11,835 bases of DNA, taken from an uncultured Deinococcales bacterium. Lineage in GTDB: Bacteria > Deinococcota > Deinococci > Deinococcales > JAAFIG01. The position numbers and the translations under genes are program-made. The stretch covers positions 1-11,835 of the forward strand of contig CAXTKV010000168.1 in the NCBI GenBank assembly GCA_964244895.1, written 5' to 3'. This document shows, one piece after another, positions 8,067-11,835 of the stretch. The notes under the pieces are model-generated. The model did no database searches and was not told the DNA's origin. It worked only from the letters and a program-made list of their open reading frames with translations. The first letter of the stretch is position 1, and each line of letters starts with the position of its first letter.

Positions 8067-8720
8067 TCACTCCAGCCCGACCAGACCGATCTTCAGCGCG
8101 TACAACGCCGCCTGCGTCCTGGATGTCAGCCCCAACTTGGAAAGCAAGCTCGAGACGTGCGTCTTGACGGTGCGCTCCTCAACGCCCAACTCGCGCGCGA
8201 TCACCTTGTTGGCGTGACCCTGCGCGATCAAGCGCAGAATCTGCGTCTCGCGCGGCGTCAGGCTCTCGGTCGCGTCGGGCGTCTTGACCTCGCGCGCCAG
8301 GCGTTTGGCGGCCTCCGGGTGCAGGCGAACCTCGCCGCGCCCAGCCGCGTGGATGGCTTCGACCAGCGCGTCCGCCTGCGTGTCCTTCAATAAGTACCCG
8401 ATCGCGCCCGCCTGCACCGCGCCGATGACTTTCGCGTCCTCCAGCACGCTGGTGACGGCGATGACTTCGGTGTCCGGGAACCGAGCTTTGATTTCCTTGA
8501 TCGCACCCACGCCGTCCAGCACGGGCATGACCAGATCCATCAGCACCACGTCAGGCCGCAACGCACCGACCATCTCGACGGCTTCCTGGCCGTTGCTGGC
8601 CTCACCGACGATCTCGAGGGCAGCGTCGAGCGCCAGGAACATCTTCAAACCCTGGCGCACGACCGCGTGATCGTCCGCCAGCAGGACGCGCGTGATCCGG
8701 GTTTCAGGGTTCTCGCTCAT
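8067..8720 (-). CDS. NarL/LuxR-family (LiaR-like) DNA-binding response regulator
   Basis: Receiver LLADDH, LMDLVMP, GYLLKD; LuxR HTH LTPRETQILRLIAQGHANKVIARELGVEERTVKTHVSSLLSKLG. Confidence 0.96.
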   Translation of the reverse strand: MSENPETRITRVLLADDHAVVRQGLKMFLALDAALEIVGEASNGQEAVEMVGALRPDVVLMDLVMPVLDGVGAIKEIKARFPDTEVIAVTSVLEDAKVIGAVQAGAIGYLLKDTQADALVEAIHAAGRGEVRLHPEAAKRLAREVKTPDATESLTPRETQILRLIAQGHANKVIARELGVEERTVKTHVSSLLSKLGLTSRTQAALYALKIGLVGLE

Positions 8721-8726
8721 GCCAGC

Positions 8727-8798
8727 AGTATTTCACTGCGCGCGCCTTCTCGCCTCGTCCTTTGGGCCGAGGACAGGCTCGAGCGCGCGCCCTAAGCT
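8727..8798. promoter_or_regulatory. Bidirectional promoter with central candidate response-regulator box
   Basis: TCGTCCTTTGGGCCGA (8755-8770) is 22 bp from AATACT (8727-8732, - strand, 6 nt before RR ATG) and 22 bp from TAAGCT (8793-8798, + strand). Confidence 0.7.
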
Positions 8799-8849
8799 CG
8801 AGCCATTCATCAGGAGCGCCCCGAAAGGACGCCCGGAAAAGAGAAACGC

Positions 8850-9611
8850 ATGCTGAACCTGGAACGCAACCCGCCACGACCCGCGCCCTGGTCTGACCTG
8901 CTCGAGCCGCGCACGTACTTGAGAATCGCGTATTTGCTCTTGGGTTTCCCGCTCGGGCTGACGTATTTCGTGGTGCTGGTGACGGGACTGGCGCTCGGGC
9001 TTGGGCTTTCGATCACGCTGCTGGGCGTTCCGGTGCTGCTCTGTGTGGTGGGTTTCGTGTGGTCGTTCGTCTGGCTGGAACGCGAGGCCGCCGCGATCGT
9101 GCTGGGACTCGAGTCAACCCAAAGAACGCCGTCCACCACGCGACGCGATTCGGCAATACCGTCTGGAACGGTAAATTCCACCTTTTTCCAATGGTGGAAC
9201 AGCCTGCGCACCTACCTTTCTGGCGGCGAATTCTGGCGCGGACTGGCGCACCTGTTATTGCGCTTCCCGTTCGGCTTGTTCGGTTTCGTGGTGACGGTCG
9301 CGCTGCTGTCCGTCAGCCTCGCGCTGATCGGTGCGCCATTTTTTTACAACCACGACGATTGGAGCTTCGTTTGGAGCGGCTGGCAGCCGAACTTCCTGGG
9401 GTCGTTGTGCCTGTGCGCTGTCGGACTGGGATTGGGTCTGGTTTCGTTGCGCGTCCTGAACCTGCTGGCCGAGAACCTGGCGCGCATGACGTACAGCTTG
9501 CTCGGCGAGGTGTGGCATCTCGAGAAACCGCATCTCGAGCGGGATCTCGAACCTCTGGCGAGGCAAAATCTCGAGCCCACCGACGCGCCGACGGGCCGCG
9601 ACGGGCGTTAA
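8850..9611 (+). CDS. Stand-alone membrane 'putative sensor' domain protein (PF13796-like), paralogous to N-terminus of adjacent kinase
   Basis: RTYLRIAYLLLGFPLGLTYFVVLVTGLALGLGLSITLLGVPVL aligns with kinase RTYSNAVYLLIALPLGIAYFVALIVGFTVGLALAITLIGVPIL; about 4 TM segments; no kinase domain. Confidence 0.85.
   Translation: MLNLERNPPRPAPWSDLLEPRTYLRIAYLLLGFPLGLTYFVVLVTGLALGLGLSITLLGVPVLLCVVGFVWSFVWLEREAAAIVLGLESTQRTPSTTRRDSAIPSGTVNSTFFQWWNSLRTYLSGGEFWRGLAHLLLRFPFGLFGFVVTVALLSVSLALIGAPFFYNHDDWSFVWSGWQPNFLGSLCLCAVGLGLGLVSLRVLNLLAENLARMTYSLLGEVWHLEKPHLERDLEPLARQNLEPTDAPTGRDGR
9122..9177. repeat. Family-1 paired palindrome, locus H (degenerate, inside CDS)
   Basis: AAGAACGCCGTCCACCACGCG and AATACCGTCTGGAACGGTAAATT; cores at 9130 and 9160. 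Confidence 0.7.
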
Positions 9612-9620
9612 GCTCAGGCC

Positions 9621-11366
9621 GTGGCGAGCCTCTCGAACGCGACGCGAATGCGAATTGGGCCAGCCTGGGCTGGCCCGTTCGCGGAATTGATCGCGTGGCG
9701 AACGTACTCCAACGCGGTGTATTTGCTGATCGCGCTGCCCTTGGGAATCGCGTACTTCGTGGCCTTGATCGTCGGATTCACCGTTGGGCTGGCGCTGGCC
9801 ATCACCTTGATCGGCGTGCCGATCCTGCTCGGCACGGTCGGGTTGGTTTCGGGCTTCGCGGGAATCGAGCGCTCGCAAGCCCGATCCCTGGTCGGCCTCG
9901 AGATGCCCGGCTCCGTGCGCGAGGGCTTCACCAGGGACGGAACGCTGTGGGCTTGGGCGCGCAGTTACGTGACGCGGGCGGTGTTCTGGAAATCCTTGAC
10001 GTACCTCTTTTTGAAACTGCCGTGGGGCATCGTGTCGTTCACGCTCACCGTGACGCTGGTGGCGGTCGGCTTGGCGTTTCTGGCCGCACCCGCCTACGCC
10101 CTGGGTTTGCCGATCGCGCTGGGCTTCGGGCAGTCCTACGCGCCGTCCATGCCGCAAGCGTTGGCGCTGTCCGTCGTCGGTTTGGGTTCATGCATGATCG
10201 GAGCGCGAGCCATCAACCTGATGGCGCTCGGTTCCGCGCGGATCGCCCGGTTCATGCTCACTGATGACCAGCAGGAAGCCGAAACGCAACGCTTGCGCGT
10301 AGAAGCTTTGACGCTCGCCTCGAGCGCCGCTAGCCTCGTCTCGAGCATGGGCGACCGGGATTCGTTGACGCGCACGCTGGAAACGTTGATGGCGTCCGTC
10401 AGTCAGGCCTCCAGCGCGAACGCGTGTGCGCTCGTGACCACGACCTCCGGTGCGATCAGACGCGTGGCTGCCGCGCACGGTTTCGCGCCCGGCCCGCTCG
10501 AGGTGGCGCTCGATGAACTTCCCGCGCTCGAACCCGATTCTGGAGCGCGGGTGCAAAAATCCCGCGCCCTGAACGGTGCGACGCTGGCCGCGATCCCGCT
10601 CGAGGCCGGAGGGCGCGTCTTCGGGCAGTTGGTCGCCGCTTACCCGAAAGGTGCGAATCCCAACCGCAGCGAACTCGAATTCCTGAAAGCCATCGCGGAT
10701 CAGTCCAGCCTGGGTCTGGAGAACGCCCGCTTGATCTCCGCCGCCCGCGACGGCGCGGCCCTGGAAGAGCGCCACCGTCTGGCGAGAGAACTGCACGACA
10801 GCGTCTCGCAGGCCCTCTACGGCATCGCGCTCGGGGCGCGCACCGCCAAAACGCAACTCGCGCGCGACCCCTCGAAGGTGGCTGAACCCCTGGAATACGT
10901 GCTGCAACTGGCCGAGGCCGGACTGACCGAAATGCGCGCGCTGATCTTCGAGCTTCGCCCGGAAGCCTTGGAAACCGAAGGTCTGGCGGTCGCGTTGCAA
11001 AAACAGGCCGATGCCGTGCGCGTGCGCTACAAACTTCCGGTCGAAACTGCGCTCGGTGCGGAACCCGATGTCAGCCTCGAAATCAAACAAGCCCTCTTGC
11101 GCATCGCGCAGGAAGCCCTGCACAACACCGTCAAACACGCCCGCGCCAGCCACGCGCGGCTGAAGCTCGAGACATCGGCGTCCAACATCGCGCTCGAGAT
11201 TACCGACGACGGCGCGGGCTTCGATCCGAATGCGCGCTTCGATGGGCACCTCGGGCAACGCTCCATGCGCGAACGCGCCGAAGCCATCGGTGCGCACTTT
11301 GACCTGGAGACCGCTCCCGGCGCTGGCACGCGCATCCGCGTGTCCCTCGAGATGCACTCCGCATGA
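9621..11366 (+). CDS. Sensor histidine kinase (membrane sensor + GAF-like + HisKA_3 + HATPase_c)
   Basis: H-box ERHRLARELHDSVSQ, N-box RIAQEALHNTVKHA, ITDDGAGFD, LGQRSMRERA; GAF-like AIPLEAGGRVFGQL. TAAGCT-6nt-GTG supports the 9621 start. Confidence 0.96.
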   Translation: MASLSNATRMRIGPAWAGPFAELIAWRTYSNAVYLLIALPLGIAYFVALIVGFTVGLALAITLIGVPILLGTVGLVSGFAGIERSQARSLVGLEMPGSVREGFTRDGTLWAWARSYVTRAVFWKSLTYLFLKLPWGIVSFTLTVTLVAVGLAFLAAPAYALGLPIALGFGQSYAPSMPQALALSVVGLGSCMIGARAINLMALGSARIARFMLTDDQQEAETQRLRVEALTLASSAASLVSSMGDRDSLTRTLETLMASVSQASSANACALVTTTSGAIRRVAAAHGFAPGPLEVALDELPALEPDSGARVQKSRALNGATLAAIPLEAGGRVFGQLVAAYPKGANPNRSELEFLKAIADQSSLGLENARLISAARDGAALEERHRLARELHDSVSQALYGIALGARTAKTQLARDPSKVAEPLEYVLQLAEAGLTEMRALIFELRPEALETEGLAVALQKQADAVRVRYKLPVETALGAEPDVSLEIKQALLRIAQEALHNTVKHARASHARLKLETSASNIALEITDDGAGFDPNARFDGHLGQRSMRERAEAIGAHFDLETAPGAGTRIRVSLEMHSA

Positions 11367-11375
11367 TCGCCGCTC

Positions 11376-11427
11376 GAGAACACCGTCCAGCACGTAAATA
11401 TCAACTCGCGTGCTGGACGGTATTCTC
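11376..11427. repeat. Family-1 paired palindrome, locus I
   Basis: GAGAACACCGTCCAGCACG / CGTGCTGGACGGTATTCTC, 19-bp IR with 1 mismatch; cores at 11384 and 11409. Confidence 0.88.
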
Positions 11428-11434
11428 ACTTTTT

Positions 11435-11498
11435 GTCCTCCCCTGCTTTAGGAGGGGAAGTGTCATCAGCCCGCTTTTGGCTGATGACGGAGGGGTCG
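11435..11498 (-). repeat. Family-2 REP-like element, copy 2 (inverted relative to copy 1)
   Basis: GTCCTCCCC...GGGGAA-GTGTCATCAGCCCGCTTTTGGCTGATGACGG-AGGGGTCG. Confidence 0.85.
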
Positions 11499-11505
11499 TC
11501 GTCGT

Positions 11506-11552
11506 TCGTCCTCGCGCCGATGCACCCGCTCGTCCTCGCGCCGATGCACCCG
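11506..11552 (+). repeat. 24-bp tandem duplication
   Basis: TCGTCCTCGCGCCGATGCACCCG at 11506 and 11530 (23 nt identical), followed by a related unit at 11555. Confidence 0.9.
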
Positions 11553-11554
11553 TC

Positions 11555-11598
11555 TCGTCCTTTGGTCGGATGACGCGAAACCGTGCCTTGGACATACT
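11555..11598 (+). promoter_or_regulatory. Candidate response-regulator box plus -10 of downstream gene
   Basis: TCGTCCTTTGGTCGGA (11555-11570; 14/16 to box at 8755) 22 bp before CATACT (11593-11598). Confidence 0.7.
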
Positions 11599-11640
11599 GA
11601 ACCCGAGGTTCAGGATCGATCCTGACGAAAGGAGTTTTTC

Positions 11641-11835
11641 ATGCGTACAGCATTCGCTTTGATCGTCGTCGGCGCGTTGGCTTTCGTGGCGCTCTCACGG
11701 GATCTGATCGCGGAGGCCACTGGCAGACCGTTTTTGGGCATCAGCCCGGTGCAGGCGCAAAGTTTGCAACTCGACTCGGATTTCAGCGCGCCCAACCTGG
11801 ATGGCATCGCGCGACTCGAGACGAACATCTTCAAC
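11641..11835 (+). CDS. Exported or membrane-anchored protein, function unknown (partial, runs off window end)
   Basis: Not in ORF track. SD AAAGGAG (11628-11634); MRTAFALIVVGALAFVALSRDLIAEATGRPFLGISPVQAQSLQLDSDFSAPNLDGIARLETNIFN, open to window end, hydrophobic N-terminus. Confidence 0.8.
   Translation, partial: MRTAFALIVVGALAFVALSRDLIAEATGRPFLGISPVQAQSLQLDSDFSAPNLDGIARLETNIFN

Noticed and set aside
345..11570. CRISPR array or integron attC interpretation of the repeats
   Set aside because: No regular repeat-spacer period or cas genes; genes point in both directions, include housekeeping upp, and no GTTRRRY core pattern or integrase was seen.
11363..11662. Small ORFs over the last intergenic region (and 7706-8070)
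   Set aside because: Translate repeat DNA; shared peptide VISPLLADDG simply reflects the family-2 repeat.

Overview
GC-rich bacterial chromosomal window, probably Deinococcota (inferred from pervasive TANNNT boxes 6-7 nt before start codons, i.e. leaderless-type genes). Genes in order: partial PilH/CheY-like receiver (-), MFS transporter (-), VanW-family exported protein (+), APH-like phosphotransferase (+), lipoprotein GH5 endoglucanase (-), upp (+), DUF1697 protein (+), ankyrin protein (-), NarL/LiaR-type response regulator (-) divergent from a stand-alone membrane sensor protein and a HisKA_3 kinase (+), and a partial exported protein (+). The non-coding DNA is the most unusual part: (1) nine loci each carrying a PAIR of CGT-N5-ACG palindromic units 25-36 bp apart, one in-frame inside a gene; (2) CTCGAG about 48 times, roughly 12-fold over expectation; (3) a shared 16-bp box exactly 22 bp from three -10 elements, defining a probable autoregulated three-component regulon; (4) a second repeat family bracketing that module in inverted orientation; (5) a ~250-bp chain of hairpins between two convergent genes. 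All counts and alignments were done by eye.
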